Source: an uncultured Gemmatimonadaceae bacterium
Lineage (GTDB): Bacteria > Gemmatimonadota > Gemmatimonadetes > Gemmatimonadales > Gemmatimonadaceae
Direction: 5' to 3'
NCBI GenBank assembly: GCA_963822945.1
Contig: CAWGJO010000020.1
Span: 128,001-192,000, forward strand
DNA length: 64,000 nucleotides
The notes beneath the pieces are model-generated. The model had not been told where the DNA came from. It saw only the letters and a list, made by a program, of their open reading frames with translations, and searched no databases. A program made the position numbers and the translations under genes. Of this stretch, positions 22,225 through 37,070 are shown piece by piece. Every line of letters begins with the position of its first letter. Positions within the stretch are counted from its first letter, which is position 1.

Positions 22225-23753
22225 GTGGAACAGGATGGAACCGAGACTGCGGGCATAACCCGCGGCTTGAATGCGGCATTCGTACTGCCTCCGGACCCGA
22301 CGCGCGCCGCGTCGTTCCTCACCCCGGCTCTCGACCGCCTGGATCCGGCCATGCCGGGCCCCCAGCTCCTGCTGGTGACCGCCGATGCCGAAGCCGCGAT
22401 GGCGCTCGCCGCGGCCGCCGACGCGATCGGTGGCCCGCGCGGGTACACCGTACTCGCGGCCACGTCGGCGGCCCGCGCCTCCCGCATCCTTCGCCTGGCA
22501 CCGCCGCAGGTCGTGGTCGGCGCGCCCGATGCCCTCGTGGAGCTCCTCCAGCGCTCGGCGATGAAGCTCGGCGGGGTCCGCCAGCTCGTATTCGCCTGGC
22601 TCGACGATATGTTCGACGTACACGCGGCGGCACTCGAAACCCTGCTCGCCGAAGTGCCCAAGGATGCCGCCAGGACCGTCGTCGTCCGCGCCATCTCGCC
22701 GGCCGTGGAACAGTTCATCGAACGCCATGCCCGGCGTGCCCGGCGCGTGTTGCCCGCCGTCGAGGAAGGGCTGGCCGCGATGCCCATCCAGTTCGTGGTG
22801 GTGCACGAAGCGGCGAAGCCGGTGGCGCTCCGCCGTGTGCTCGACGAACTGGACCCCGCCAGCGCATTCGTCCACATGCGCGACCCCCGGTCCGACGCCC
22901 AGGCGCGCGCCGTGCTCCGGACCATGGGCTACGCGGAAGACGGACCGGTGCGGGCCGGAGTGGCGATGGACGCCGACGCCGAGCTGCTCGTTCTCTACGA
23001 CCTGCCCGCCACGCGTGCCGAACTCCGCGACCTGACGGGAGAGCGGACGCCGCGCCACGTGGTCGCGCTCGCGCAGACGCAGCAGCTGCCGGTGCTGCGG
23101 GACATCGCCGGCGGCGTAATCAACCCGTTCGTGCTGCCCGAGGCAGCCGCCCGGGCGCGGGCCCGCGAGGAACAGCTCCGCGCCGCGCTGCGCGACGAGT
23201 TGGCGGCCGGCGGATACAGCCACGAGCTGCTGGCGCTCGAGCCGATGCTCGCCGAATTCGACGGCATCGAGATCGCGGCCGCCGCGGTGCGCCTGCTCGA
23301 AGCCGAACGGCGGCGCGCGGCCGCTCCCAAGTCGCTCGCGGCGCCCCGCATGGCCCGGCTGTTCATCAACGCCGGCCAGACCGACGGAATCGGCGCCGGC
23401 GACCTGGTGGGAGCCATCGCCAATGTGGCCGGACTCACTGGCGCCGACGTCGGGCGCATCGAGTTGCGCGACCGGCACGCGCTGGTCGAGGTGCCGGAGA
23501 CGGTGGCGGCCGCCGTGGCCCAGAAGCTCACCGGCGTCACGGTCAAGGGACGCCAGATCGTGGCGCGCATCGATCAGGAGCGGCCGGAGCGCTCGGGCCG
23601 CGACCGCCCCGATCGCGGGGATCGCGGAGATCGTGGGGACCGGGGGGGCGCTGGCCGCGGCGGGGCTGGCCGTGGCGGACGGCCCGAGCGTGGAGACCGC
23701 GCCGGACGGGGAGCGCCGTCGCGTGGTCCGCGGACGCCGGAGGACAGGAAGCG

Positions 23754-23757
<4 letters not shown>
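22225..23757 (+). CDS. DeaD/CsdA-like protein with degenerate helicase core, DbpA-type RNA-binding domain and Arg/Gly tail
   Basis: [21 protein letters not shown]....VGRIEL is the DbpA RBD; no GKT, DEAD, SAT or HRIGR. Confidence 0.75.
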
Positions 23758-24374
<617 letters not shown>

Positions 24375-24579
24375 CCGGGTGGGCGGGTAGGCGGGATCCG
24401 GGCACCGCGAAGGCAAACGCCAGCGGCGCACAAGTGATTGCGGTTCATCGGGATAGCGGCATCGAGAGGGGTCGGGGCTTCGGTTCTTCTGGTGCGCCGG
24501 CGCAGCATTTCGTTGACGCTCTCCCCCGCCCTCCCTACCTTGGCCCGGACAGGAATCTCCACCCATTTCCACCGCCCCC

Positions 24580-25206
24580 ATGCTCCTCGTCGGTCTCACC
24601 GGCAACATTGCCAGCGGCAAGTCCACGGTTGCCCGAATGCTCGCCGAACGCGGCGCGACGATCATCGATGCCGATCAGTTGGCGCGCCAGGCTGTCGAGC
24701 CGGGGACTCCGGCGCTGGATGCGATTTCGGCGCGATGGGGATCGGACGTGCTCGGTCCCACGGGCGAACTGGACCGGGCGGCCCTTCGCGGCGTGGTGTT
24801 CAACGACCCGGAACAGCTCGATGCGCTGAACGGCATCGTCCACCCCGACGTGGAGCGGCGGCGCGAGGCCGCCGTGGCAGCGGCGCGGGAGCGCGGCGAC
24901 CGGATCGTCGTCTGCGACATCCCCCTGCTGTTCGAGAAGAAGATGGTGGACCGGTTCGACCTGGTGACGCTCGTCGACGCCCCGCGGCCGCTGAGGCTCG
25001 AGCGCGTGGTGGGCGAACGGGGAGTGCCGACGGACGAGGCGATGGCGATGATCGCCGCCCAGATGCCGTCGGAACTGAAGCGCGCCCGGGCCGACTTCGT
25101 CATCAACAACGCCGGCTCGCTCGACGAGCTGGCCCGGCAGGTCGACGCCGTCTGGACGTCGCTTCAGGCGGCGGCGGACGCCCACGACGCGGCCGGCGTT
25201 CCTTGA
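24580..25206 (+). CDS. coaE: Dephospho-CoA kinase
   Basis: GLTGNIASGKST, IDAD, LDR..L, IVHP, DIPLLFE. Confidence 0.96.
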   Translation: MLLVGLTGNIASGKSTVARMLAERGATIIDADQLARQAVEPGTPALDAISARWGSDVLGPTGELDRAALRGVVFNDPEQLDALNGIVHPDVERRREAAVAAARERGDRIVVCDIPLLFEKKMVDRFDLVTLVDAPRPLRLERVVGERGVPTDEAMAMIAAQMPSELKRARADFVINNAGSLDELARQVDAVWTSLQAAADAHDAAGVP

Positions 25207-25232
25207 CAAGGCTGCGCGCCGCCGGGTAGACT
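25203..25232 (+). promoter_or_regulatory. Sigma70-type promoter for gcvH
   Basis: TTGACA-N18-TAGACT, 32 nt upstream of the start codon. Confidence 0.65.
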
Positions 25233-25264
25233 GCGCGCACCATTAGCTCTTTCCGGGAGCCCCC

Positions 25265-25654
25265 GTGTCCGATATCCAGCAGGACCTGCTGTATACAGAA
25301 GACCACGAATACGTGAAAACGACGGACGATCCCAACGTCGTGGCCATTGGGATCACCGATTACGCGCAGGGCGAGTTGGGCGACGTCGTCTACGTCGAAC
25401 TGCCCAAGCCCGGCACCAAATTCGGCAAGCACGACGTCTTCGGAACCATCGAAGCCGTGAAGGCCGTTTCTGAACTGTTCAGCCCCGTGGCCGGCGAGGT
25501 GGTCGAGGTCAACGATCGCCTGGACGGCGAGCCGGCGCTCGTGAATACGGCGCCATACGACGACGGCTGGATGGTGAAGATCCGGATCAGCAATCCGGCG
25601 GAGAAGAACGAATTGCTGAACGCCGAGGCGTACAAGGCGCATCTGGGAGAGTAG
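25265..25654 (+). CDS. gcvH: Glycine cleavage system H protein
   Basis: GITDYAQGELGDVVYVELP; lipoyl-Lys motif EAVKA; GWMVK. Confidence 0.97.
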   Translation: MSDIQQDLLYTEDHEYVKTTDDPNVVAIGITDYAQGELGDVVYVELPKPGTKFGKHDVFGTIEAVKAVSELFSPVAGEVVEVNDRLDGEPALVNTAPYDDGWMVKIRISNPAEKNELLNAEAYKAHLGE

Positions 25655-25738
25655 CACGGCGGCCGAGGGCCGCCGAGAACGACGGGACGACAAGCTGAGA
25701 GTCTCCAGTCAACTGAAATCCGTGGACCGAAACAGCAG

Positions 25739-25776
25739 ACCGGGACGCGTCTCGAACGATTGAGACGCGCCCCGGT
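25739..25776. terminator. Hairpin between convergent gcvH and gcvP
   Basis: accggg(a)cgcgtctc / gagacgcgcccggt stem. Confidence 0.55.
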
Positions 25777-25843
25777 TGTCGTTTCGGATCACTGCTGCCC
25801 GGCGACTGACCACTCCGAACTCGTGGTTCTCCTGGTGCTGTGG

Positions 25844-28759
<2,916 letters not shown>

Positions 28760-28848
28760 GGTCGGGGTGTTGAAGGTCCGTCGGTAAAGCTATGCGCGAA
28801 CGCGTCCGCGCGCCCCTCCCCCCGCCAAGGCGGCCCGGCGACTATTCT

Positions 28849-29653
28849 GTGACCGTGACCACGACGCATTCCGACCCGCCGCCGCCCTGGCGCTACCTCG
28901 TCTCGCGAACCCCTGGACGGGGCCGCCAACATGGCGTGGGACCAGGCCCTGATGGCCCGGGCCCGCCGCACGGGCGAGGCCGTGCTCCGCGTGTACGCCT
29001 GGCGGCGCCCCACGCTGTCACTCGGCCGGAACCAGACCGCTCGCGGCGCCTACGATCTGGAGCGCGCGGCCGCGCTGGGCATCGACTTCGTGCGCCGGCC
29101 CACCGGCGGACGGGCCCTCCTGCACCACCACGAGGTCACGTACAGCGTCACGGCACCCGACGCCTTCGATGCCACCCTCCGCGGCGCCTACGAACGCATC
29201 AATCGCCTGCTGCTCGACGCGCTCCACGCGCTCGGGGTACCGGCCGAACCTGCGGCTCCCGCGGCCCGCACCCCGACCCCGGGGCTTGCCCCCTGCTTCG
29301 ACCAGCCCGCCGCCGGCGAGATCGTGGTCGGCGGGCGAAAGCTGGTGGGCAGCGCGCAGTGGCGGCACGACGGGGCGCTGCTGCAGCACGGATCGATTCT
29401 GCTGGCCGACGACCAGGCCCTCATCGCCGACCTGTTACGAACGCCGCGGCGCGCCGTCACTCCTCCAGCGGCCACGTTGGCGGCAATTCTCGGAGAAGCA
29501 CCACCGTTCGATCGCGTGGCCGAGGCACTCGTCAGCACCCTGCGTCAACTCGACCCCCGCACGACGCCGTTGACGGTCGATCCCGAGCTTGCGCGCGACG
29601 TCGAGCGCGCCACCGCCGAGTTCCGGAGTGAGGGGTGGACCTGGAGACGGTAG
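28849..29653 (+). CDS. LipM-like octanoyltransferase / lipoate ligase catalytic domain (apparent +1 frameshift at ~28906)
   Basis: WRYLVS|EPLDGAANMAWDQAL is split across frames; RRPTGGRA, PCFD, RKLVGSAQ, QHGS; no LplA C-terminal domain. Confidence 0.8.
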
Positions 29654-29718
29654 AATCGCTTGACGGGGTTCCCATGGCTCGCAATCGTTGTCTCAACCTT
29701 CGCCACGACGTGCTGCTC

Positions 29719-31402
29719 ATGCGATTTCGACGCTTCTGCGCCTGTTGCCTCCCCTTCGTGTTCGTTGCCGCCTGCGGCGGCGGCGAACGGTCCGCGGCGC
29801 CGGCCGAGGGGCCCGATGGCGGCACCCTGGTGATCGCCGAGCCGGGAGACGCCGACAATCTGCTGCCTCCGATGACGGCGAGCATTCTGGGGCATGCCGT
29901 GGCCGACCTGGTGTACGATCACCTGGCCGAGATTGGTGACAGCATGCAGACAACCGGCGATCTGGGCTTCAAGCCGCAGCTTGCCGACCACTGGACGTGG
30001 GCGCCGGATTCGATGTCGGTGGCGTTTCACATCAATCCACGCGCCCGCTGGCACGACGGCGTCCCCGTGCGGGCGGCGGACGTACGCTTCTCGCTCGCGC
30101 TCTACAAAAATCCCAAGCTCGGCTCCACGATCGCGCCTTTGCTCACGAACGTGGATTCCGTCTCGGTGAAGGATTCCCTCACGGCGGTCGCCTGGTTCCA
30201 CGCCAAGACCCCGGAGTCGTTCTTCAACATCGTGTACCAGTTGTGGGTGCTCCCGAAGCATCTGCTCGACACGATTCCGCCGGACCGCCTTCCCACGTCG
30301 GAGATGGCGCGACATCCAGTGGGCAGCGGGCGGTTCCGGTTCGCCAAGTGGCAGCCCGGCTCGGAACTGGTGCTCGTGTCCGATACCGGGAACTACCGCG
30401 GACGGGCCAAGCTCGACCGGGTGATCTGGGAGATCACACCGGACAACAACGCGGCGTTCGCGCAGTTGCTGAGCGGCGAGGCCGACCTGCTGGAAAGCGC
30501 CACGCCCGATCAGCTCAAGGCCGCGGCCGGCCACGCGACGTTGAAACCGTTCAATTGGCCGAGCCTGCAGTACGTGTTCCTCGGAATGAACTACCGCGAG
30601 CCCGGACATCATGCGCGGCCGAATCCGTTCTTTTCGGATCTGCGCGTCCGCCGGGCCGTATCGATGGCCATCGACCGGCAGGCGATGCTGCAGAACGTGT
30701 TCGACAGCGCGGGCGCGATCGCGTACGGGCCGTTTCCGCGATCGCTCGCCACGGCGGACACGACGCTCCGATTGCCGCCCTACGATCCTGCGCACGCCGA
30801 AGCGTTGCTCGACTCCGCCGGGTGGACACCGGGTCCCGACGGCGTTCGCCGGCGCGACGGCCGGCCGTTAGACGTGCGGCTGATCGTGCCGACATCCAGT
30901 GCGTTCCGCATGAGCTACGCCGTGCTGATCCAGGACGCTCTGCGGAAGGTCGGAGTCAAGGTCGACATCGACGCCGAGCAGTTCAATCGCGTTCTTCGCG
31001 AAACAGTCGGCCGGGGACTTCGATCTGGCGCTCGCCGGCTACGGCACCGATCCCAACGCGGGGGGCGCCGAGCAGATATGGGGATCCACGGCCATGCCGC
31101 CGGGCGGGCTCAACTACATGGCGTATTCGGACCCCAGGTTCGATGCGCTCCTCGACAGCGCTTCGATGGCGTTCGACGTGAAGACGGCCGCCCGCTACGC
31201 GTCGCGGGCATACCAGGTGATCGCCGACGATGCGCCCGGCGTGTGGCTATATGACGGCGTTGCCTACGGACTGATCAACCGGCGCTTCCGCATTCCGGCC
31301 ATGCGCGCCGACGGGTGGTGGCAGCATCTGGCGGACTGGACCGTGCCGACGGCCGAGCGCATCGATCGCGACCGGATAGGCATCGGCGCTCCGCCGCGCT
31401 GA
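29719..31402 (+). CDS. oppA: Peptide ABC transporter substrate-binding lipoprotein (apparent +1 frameshift at ~30988)
   Basis: Lipobox VAAC, WHDG.PV.A.DV.FS, PVGSGRF; the frame continues as FAKQSAGDFDLA...NYMAYSDP to the stop at 31402. Confidence 0.88.
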
Positions 31403-31405
31403 CGC

Positions 31406-32371
31406 GTGGGCCGCCGCCTCGCTGCCCGCCTGGGGCAGGCCATCGTCGTCATCTGGATGGTGGCGACGTTGGCGTTCGTGCTCATCCACGCGGCACCCGG
31501 CGACCCGTTCGGTTTCGACGCGCCGACGATCACCGAAGCCGTGCGGGCGCACTGGCGCGCCGAGTTCGGTTACGATCGTCCGCTCGGCACCCAGTACCTG
31601 CTCTGGCTGGGGAACGTGGTCCGCGGAGACCTCGGCTACTCGCACTCCATGCACGAACCGGTGCGCGCGGCGCTGGCCAACGCGCTGCCGCGCACGCTGC
31701 TGCTGATGAGCGTGGCGCTCGTGCTTTCCTTCGCCATCGGTGTGCTGCTGGCGCTGTTCCAGGTGGAACGGCGGGGCACGCGGCGGGCCCGATGGGCCGG
31801 GAACGTCGCGCTGTTCTTCTACTCGGTGCCGGACTTCTGGTTGGCGATGGTGATCGTACTCGCGTTCGCGTACTGGCTGCCGATCCTGCCGGCGGGATAC
31901 CCGGTGACCATGGCGACCCACGATTTCATGTCGCCGTTCGGCGCATTCATGGATCGACTGCGGCATCTCGTGCTGCCAACGCTCACCCTGGTGTTGCTCA
32001 CCACGGCCTCCATCGCCCGCTTCCAGCGGAACGAGCTGCTCGACGTCCTGCCGCTCGACTTCGTGCGGACGGCGCGCGCCAAGGGACTCTCCGACCGCCA
32101 GGTGGTGCGCCGGCACGTGCTGCGCAACGCGCTCATTCCCACCATCACCCTGTTCGGCCTGTCGCTGCCCGCGCTGCTCGGAGGCTCGGTGTTCGTCGAG
32201 ACCGTGTTCTCGTGGCAGGGTATGGGCTGGCTCACGGTCAATGCCATCGGCATGCGCGACTACCCGCTGGTACTCGCCGGCGTGCTCGTGGGCACCGTGA
32301 TGGTGATCGTCGGCAACCTGATCGCCGACATCGCGTACGCGGTGGCCGATCCGAGGCTCCGGGTTGACTGA
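31406..32371 (+). CDS. oppB: Peptide ABC transporter permease
   Basis: PGDP, GDLGYS, FVRTARAKGL (EAA loop), RDYP, DPR. Confidence 0.93.
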   Translation: MGRRLAARLGQAIVVIWMVATLAFVLIHAAPGDPFGFDAPTITEAVRAHWRAEFGYDRPLGTQYLLWLGNVVRGDLGYSHSMHEPVRAALANALPRTLLLMSVALVLSFAIGVLLALFQVERRGTRRARWAGNVALFFYSVPDFWLAMVIVLAFAYWLPILPAGYPVTMATHDFMSPFGAFMDRLRHLVLPTLTLVLLTTASIARFQRNELLDVLPLDFVRTARAKGLSDRQVVRRHVLRNALIPTITLFGLSLPALLGGSVFVETVFSWQGMGWLTVNAIGMRDYPLVLAGVLVGTVMVIVGNLIADIAYAVADPRLRVD

Positions 32372-33257
32372 GCGCCCCGCCCCGGCGCGCCGCGTATGGG
32401 CCCATCTGCCGGGCGGCGCGCGCATCGCCCTCGGCGTCATCGGGCTGTTCGTGCTCGGCGCGGCGTTCGCGCCGATGCTCACGCCGTACCACCCGTGGCA
32501 GTTGCTCGACCCGGTGCGCCTCAAGAGTCTGCCCCCATCATGGGCCTACCCCTTCGGCACCGACCGGTTCAGCCGCGACGTGTTGACCCGGATCCTGTAC
32601 GGCGCGCGGCTGTCGCTCTCGATCGCGGCGCTGGCGGTGCTCGTGTCGTCCACCGTGGGCATGCTGTACGGCGCGGTGGCCGGATACGCCGGCGGGTGGG
32701 TGGATGCCGTGATGATGCGCTTCATCGACGCCATGCTCTCGGTTCCGCGCGTGCTGATGCTGATCGCCGTCCTGGCGCTCTGGTCGCCGGTGCCCGTGCC
32801 GGCGCTGGTGCTGCTCATCGGTCTCACCGGGTGGTTCGACGTGGCGCGCATCGTCCGGGGGCAGGCGATGGCGCTCCGCGATCGCGAGTTCATCGTCGCC
32901 GCGCGGTCGCTCGGCGCGAATCCCGTGCGCATCGTCTGGCGGCACGTGCTGCCCAACGTGCTGTCGCCGGTGATCATCGCCGGCGCCCTCGCCATCGGCA
33001 ACGTCATCATGCTCGAGGCGGGACTCTCGTTCCTCGGCATCGGCGTGCACGAACCGATGGCCAGTTGGGGCACCATGTTCCAGGATGCCGCCAACCAATT
33101 CGTGTCCACCTGGTGGGCCGTGATCTTCCCCGGGGTGGCCATCGTGTCCACGGTGTTGGCGTTCAATACGCTCGGCGACGCCTTGCGAGACACACTCGAT
33201 GCGCGTCAGCTTCCCGGACAACCCGCCGCCGACATGCCGGAGCCTGCCCATGGGTGA
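32364..33257 (+). CDS. oppC: Peptide ABC transporter permease
   Basis: [34 protein letters not shown]. Confidence 0.93.
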   Translation: MTERPAPARRVWAHLPGGARIALGVIGLFVLGAAFAPMLTPYHPWQLLDPVRLKSLPPSWAYPFGTDRFSRDVLTRILYGARLSLSIAALAVLVSSTVGMLYGAVAGYAGGWVDAVMMRFIDAMLSVPRVLMLIAVLALWSPVPVPALVLLIGLTGWFDVARIVRGQAMALRDREFIVAARSLGANPVRIVWRHVLPNVLSPVIIAGALAIGNVIMLEAGLSFLGIGVHEPMASWGTMFQDAANQFVSTWWAVIFPGVAIVSTVLAFNTLGDALRDTLDARQLPGQPAADMPEPAHG

Positions 33258-34269
33258 GCCGTTGCTCGCCATCGAGAATCTGCGAACCTATTTCCACACC
33301 AGCGCCGGCGTCGCGCGGGCGGTGGACGGGCTGTCCCTCGCCATCGCGCCGGGCGAGACGGTGGGCCTGGTCGGTGAGTCCGGATGCGGCAAGTCGGTGA
33401 CCGCGCTCTCCATCCTGCGCCTCGTGTCGGCCCCCGGGCGCATCGAAACGGGCAGCCATATCCGGTTCGAGGGGCGCGACCTCCTGTCGCTCGACGAGCG
33501 CGGTATGCGCGCCATTCGCGGCAATCGGATCGCGATGATCTTCCAGGAGCCGATGACGGCGCTCAACCCGGTGTTCACGGTGGGCGATCAGGTGGCCGAG
33601 GTGGCGCGAATCCACGCCGGTGCCTCGCGGGCCGAGGCATGGAAGCGCGCCGTCGAGATGCTGGATCGTGTGGGCATCCCGGCCGCCCGCGAACGCGCCC
33701 GGGAATATCCGCACCAGCTGTCGGGCGGCATGCGGCAGCGCGTGATGATCGCCATGGCGCTCGTGATGCAGCCCGCGCTGCTGATCGCCGACGAGCCCAC
33801 CACCGCGCTCGACGTCACGATTCAGGCGCAGATTCTCGAGTTGCTCGCCGAGCTGCAGCAGCAGTTCGGTATGTCGGTGCTGCTCATCACGCACGACTTC
33901 GGCGTGGTGGCCGAGACCGCATCGCGGGTGATCGTGATGTACGGCGGCGAAGCGGTGGAGGAAGCGCCGGTGCGAGAGCTGTTCGCGCGGGCGCACCATC
34001 CGTACACGCGCGGGCTGCTGGCGGCCATGCCGCGGCTCGGGGCGTCGCGCGAGCGGCTGCAGACCATTCCGGGCGCCGTCCCGGCGCCCACCGCCTGGCC
34101 CGCCGGCTGCCGATTCCGCGACCGGTGCGCCTCGGCGTGGGAGCGGTGCGAGCGCGAGCATCCGGCGATCGTCAGCGTGGGCACCGATCACGCGTCGCGC
34201 TGCCACCTGGCGGCGGAGCCCGACCGGCGCGCGAGCGACGGGACGCCGTTGCGCGCGGAGGTCGGATGA
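33250..34269 (+). CDS. oppD: Peptide ABC transporter ATP-binding protein
   Basis: [29 protein letters not shown]-terminal Cys motif. Confidence 0.95.
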   Translation: MGEPLLAIENLRTYFHTSAGVARAVDGLSLAIAPGETVGLVGESGCGKSVTALSILRLVSAPGRIETGSHIRFEGRDLLSLDERGMRAIRGNRIAMIFQEPMTALNPVFTVGDQVAEVARIHAGASRAEAWKRAVEMLDRVGIPAARERAREYPHQLSGGMRQRVMIAMALVMQPALLIADEPTTALDVTIQAQILELLAELQQQFGMSVLLITHDFGVVAETASRVIVMYGGEAVEEAPVRELFARAHHPYTRGLLAAMPRLGASRERLQTIPGAVPAPTAWPAGCRFRDRCASAWERCEREHPAIVSVGTDHASRCHLAAEPDRRASDGTPLRAEVG

Positions 34270-35348
34270 GCGCGTCCGGTGCCGCCAACGGCACGCCGCT
34301 GGTCGAGGTTACCGACCTGCGGAAGCATTTCGCCAGGCGCCGCGCGTTGTTCGGCCCGCCACCGGAGCCGGTACGGGCCGTGGACGGCGTATCGTTCACC
34401 ATCCGGGCCGGCGAGACGCTGGGGCTGGTGGGCGAGTCGGGGTGCGGCAAGACGACGACCGGGCGGGCGGTGCTCCGGCTCATCGAGCCGACCAGCGGAC
34501 GCGTGCGCTTCGACGGGCAGGATGTGCTGACCATGGGCGCCGCCGAGCTGCGGCGGCTGCGGCGCCGGATGCAGATCGTGTTCCAGGATCCCTTCTCGTC
34601 GTTGAATCCACGCATGACCATCGGCGCCATCGTGCGCGAAGGGCTCACCATCCATCGCCTGGCCGAGGGCGCGGCCGCCGACCAGCGGGTGAAGCAGCTG
34701 CTCGAGGAGGTGGGCCTGCGTCCGGAATATGCGTCGCGCTATCCCCACGAGTTCTCCGGCGGGCAGCGGCAGCGCGTGGGGATCGCGCGCGCGCTGTCGG
34801 TGGAGCCGTCGTTCATCGTGTGCGACGAGCCGGTGTCGGCCCTCGACGTGTCGGTGCAGGCGCAGGTGGTCAACCTGCTGCGTGATCTGCAGCGCGACCG
34901 CGGGCTCGCGTACCTGTTCATCGCCCACGACCTGGCCGTCGTGGAACACATCGCCGACCGGGTGGCCGTGATGTACCTGGGCCACATCGTGGAACTCGCC
35001 GCGGCGCGCGATCTCTACCGCGAGCCGCTGATGCCGTACACCCAGGCGCTGCTGTCGGCGGTGCCGGTGCCCGATCCGGACGCCGGTCGCGACCGGATCA
35101 TTCTGCAGGGCGACGTGCCGTCGCCGGCGCATCCGCCCTCGGGATGCGTGTTCCACCCGCGCTGCCAGCATCCCGCCAAGGACGCGGCGTGCACCAAGAT
35201 CGTGCCGCCGCTGGAAGAGAAGGCGCCCGGCCATCTGGCCGCCTGCATCAAACAGTCGCCCACCACGGTCACGTGGGCGCAGCAGCGCGAGGTCGGGGCC
35301 ACTCACGAGCCCGGCCGGTATCTTCCCATCCATTCGCCCACCGCCTGA
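34266..35348 (+). CDS. oppF: Peptide ABC transporter ATP-binding protein
   Basis: [28 protein letters not shown] overlap with oppD. Confidence 0.95.
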   Translation: MSASGAANGTPLVEVTDLRKHFARRRALFGPPPEPVRAVDGVSFTIRAGETLGLVGESGCGKTTTGRAVLRLIEPTSGRVRFDGQDVLTMGAAELRRLRRRMQIVFQDPFSSLNPRMTIGAIVREGLTIHRLAEGAAADQRVKQLLEEVGLRPEYASRYPHEFSGGQRQRVGIARALSVEPSFIVCDEPVSALDVSVQAQVVNLLRDLQRDRGLAYLFIAHDLAVVEHIADRVAVMYLGHIVELAAARDLYREPLMPYTQALLSAVPVPDPDAGRDRIILQGDVPSPAHPPSGCVFHPRCQHPAKDAACTKIVPPLEEKAPGHLAACIKQSPTTVTWAQQREVGATHEPGRYLPIHSPTA

Positions 35349-35377
35349 ACCCGCCACCCACCACCTGGAGTCACGTC

Positions 35378-36787
35378 GTGCCCCCAGATTCCCCGGTCGC
35401 CGCTGCCCACGACGGGCTGCCCATTGCCCCGAGTGATCGCTCCTTCTTCGGCCACCCGCGCGGCCTGTCGACGCTCTTCTTCACGGAGATGTGGGAGCGG
35501 TTCAGCTACTACGGGATGCGGGCCTTCCTCATCCTGTACATGGTACATGTACTCGGATTCGGCGATGCACACGCCGGCTCGGTGTACGGCACGTACGCCG
35601 GCAGCGTGTGGGCCGCCACGATCTTCGGCGGCATCATCGCCGACCGCTGGCTGGGCCAGTACAAGAGCGTGCTCTACGGCGGCATCATCATCGCCATGGG
35701 GCACTTCACACTGGTGTTCCATCCCCTGCCCTTCTTCTACGCGGGGTTGTCGCTGATCGTCATCGGCACGGGCCTGCTCAAGCCGAACGTGAGCGGCATC
35801 GTCGGATCGCTGTATGAGACCAACGACGCACGGCGCGATGCCGGATTCTCGATCTTCTACATGGGCATCAACCTGGGCGCCGCGATCGGGCCATTCATCG
35901 CCGGCTACTTTGCGCAGGAGGTCAACTGGCACCTCGGCTTCGCCTGCGCGGGCGTGGGGATGACGTTCGGGCTCATCCAGTACGTGCGTGGACGGCGCCA
36001 TCTGCAGCCCGCCATCGAGCGGCTCGACCGGCAGCGGCGTGCGACCGCGGCGGCCCACGAGGCGTCGATGAAGCGCCAGGCCGACAATCCCGGCAGCGCC
36101 GCGACGAACGACTCCGGCGACCGCACCTTCTGGGGCTTCACCACGGTCGAATGGAAGCGGCTGGCGGCCATGGGCGTGTTCTTCGCGTTTGCCGCGGTAT
36201 TCTGGGGCGCGTACGAGCAGGCCGGATCGACCCTCAACCTGTTCGCCGATCGCTACACGCACAGCGAGATCCTGGGCTTCAGCTTCCCGTCGAGCTGGTT
36301 CGTCTCGGTTCAGGCAATCTTCGTAATTCTGCTCGCGCCTGCGTTCGCGTGGTTGTGGATGTGGCTCGGCAAGCGGGAGCCGTCGACGCCAACCAAGTTC
36401 GCCGCCGGGCTGTTCTTCATCGGCATGTCGTTCGTACTCCTGCTCATCCCGGCCTACCATCTGCAGGGGTCACCCGACATTCGCGTCGCCCCGTTCTGGC
36501 TCATCGGCTGCTATTTCATCCAGGAACTCGGCGAGCTGTCACTCTCTCCCGTCGGGCTTTCCGTGTTCACGAAGCTCGCACCGGTCAAGATCGTGGGTAT
36601 GATGCTCGGCGTCTGGTTCCTGGCCGATGCGGTCGGCAACAAGGTCGCCGGCTACGCCGCGGGGTTCATTTCCTCGGCGCCTCTTCCCCAACTGTTCGGC
36701 ACGATCGCCGCTGTCTGTCTCGGCGCGTCCGTGATTGCGACGTTGATGATCAAGCCGGTGCAGAGATTGATGGGCGGCGTGCACTAG
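35378..36787 (+). CDS. POT/PTR family proton-dependent peptide transporter
   Basis: FFGHP, EMWERFSYYGM (ExxER motif), FSIFYMGIN, GEL.LSP. Confidence 0.95.
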   Translation: MPPDSPVAAAHDGLPIAPSDRSFFGHPRGLSTLFFTEMWERFSYYGMRAFLILYMVHVLGFGDAHAGSVYGTYAGSVWAATIFGGIIADRWLGQYKSVLYGGIIIAMGHFTLVFHPLPFFYAGLSLIVIGTGLLKPNVSGIVGSLYETNDARRDAGFSIFYMGINLGAAIGPFIAGYFAQEVNWHLGFACAGVGMTFGLIQYVRGRRHLQPAIERLDRQRRATAAAHEASMKRQADNPGSAATNDSGDRTFWGFTTVEWKRLAAMGVFFAFAAVFWGAYEQAGSTLNLFADRYTHSEILGFSFPSSWFVSVQAIFVILLAPAFAWLWMWLGKREPSTPTKFAAGLFFIGMSFVLLLIPAYHLQGSPDIRVAPFWLIGCYFIQELGELSLSPVGLSVFTKLAPVKIVGMMLGVWFLADAVGNKVAGYAAGFISSAPLPQLFGTIAAVCLGASVIATLMIKPVQRLMGGVH

Positions 36788-36885
36788 GCGGGCGCAACGG
36801 GGGCGCGGCGCCTGCTCCCGCGCTCCCGGGATTCCGCCCGGCTCCGCAAGGCTTGGACGCGCGGCCCGCGAGACGCGCTGGCCCC

Positions 36886-37061
36886 TTCCCCGCCGTTTCG
36901 GTCCCGCGCCGTTCATGCCCTGCGCCGTTCATGCCCTGCGTAGTCTCGGCCCTGCGTAGTCTCGGCCCTGCGTAGTCTCGGTCCTGCGTAGTCTCGGTCC
37001 TGCGCCGTACCGGCCCTGCGTAGTTTCGGCCCTGCGCCGTTTCGATCCGTCGCCGTTTCTC
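36886..37061. repeat. Intergenic tandem repeat, ~11 copies of a 16-bp unit (consensus ccctgcgtagtctcgg)
   Basis: Exact copies at 36934, 36950 and 36966; variants at 36886, 36902, 36918, 36982, 36998, 37014, 37030 and 37046; no spacers. Confidence 0.9.
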
Positions 37062-37070
37062 AGTTCGCCG

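Noticed and set aside
23596..23705. GATCGCGGG-like short repeats
   Set aside because: They simply encode the RGDRGDR tail of the DeaD-like protein
28760..28848. Glycine riboswitch upstream of gcvP (or gcvH)
   Set aside because: The intergenic spaces are too short and I see no aptamer consensus
36886..37061. Possible CRISPR array
   Set aside because: Units are 16 bp, head-to-tail, with no unique spacers and no cas genes
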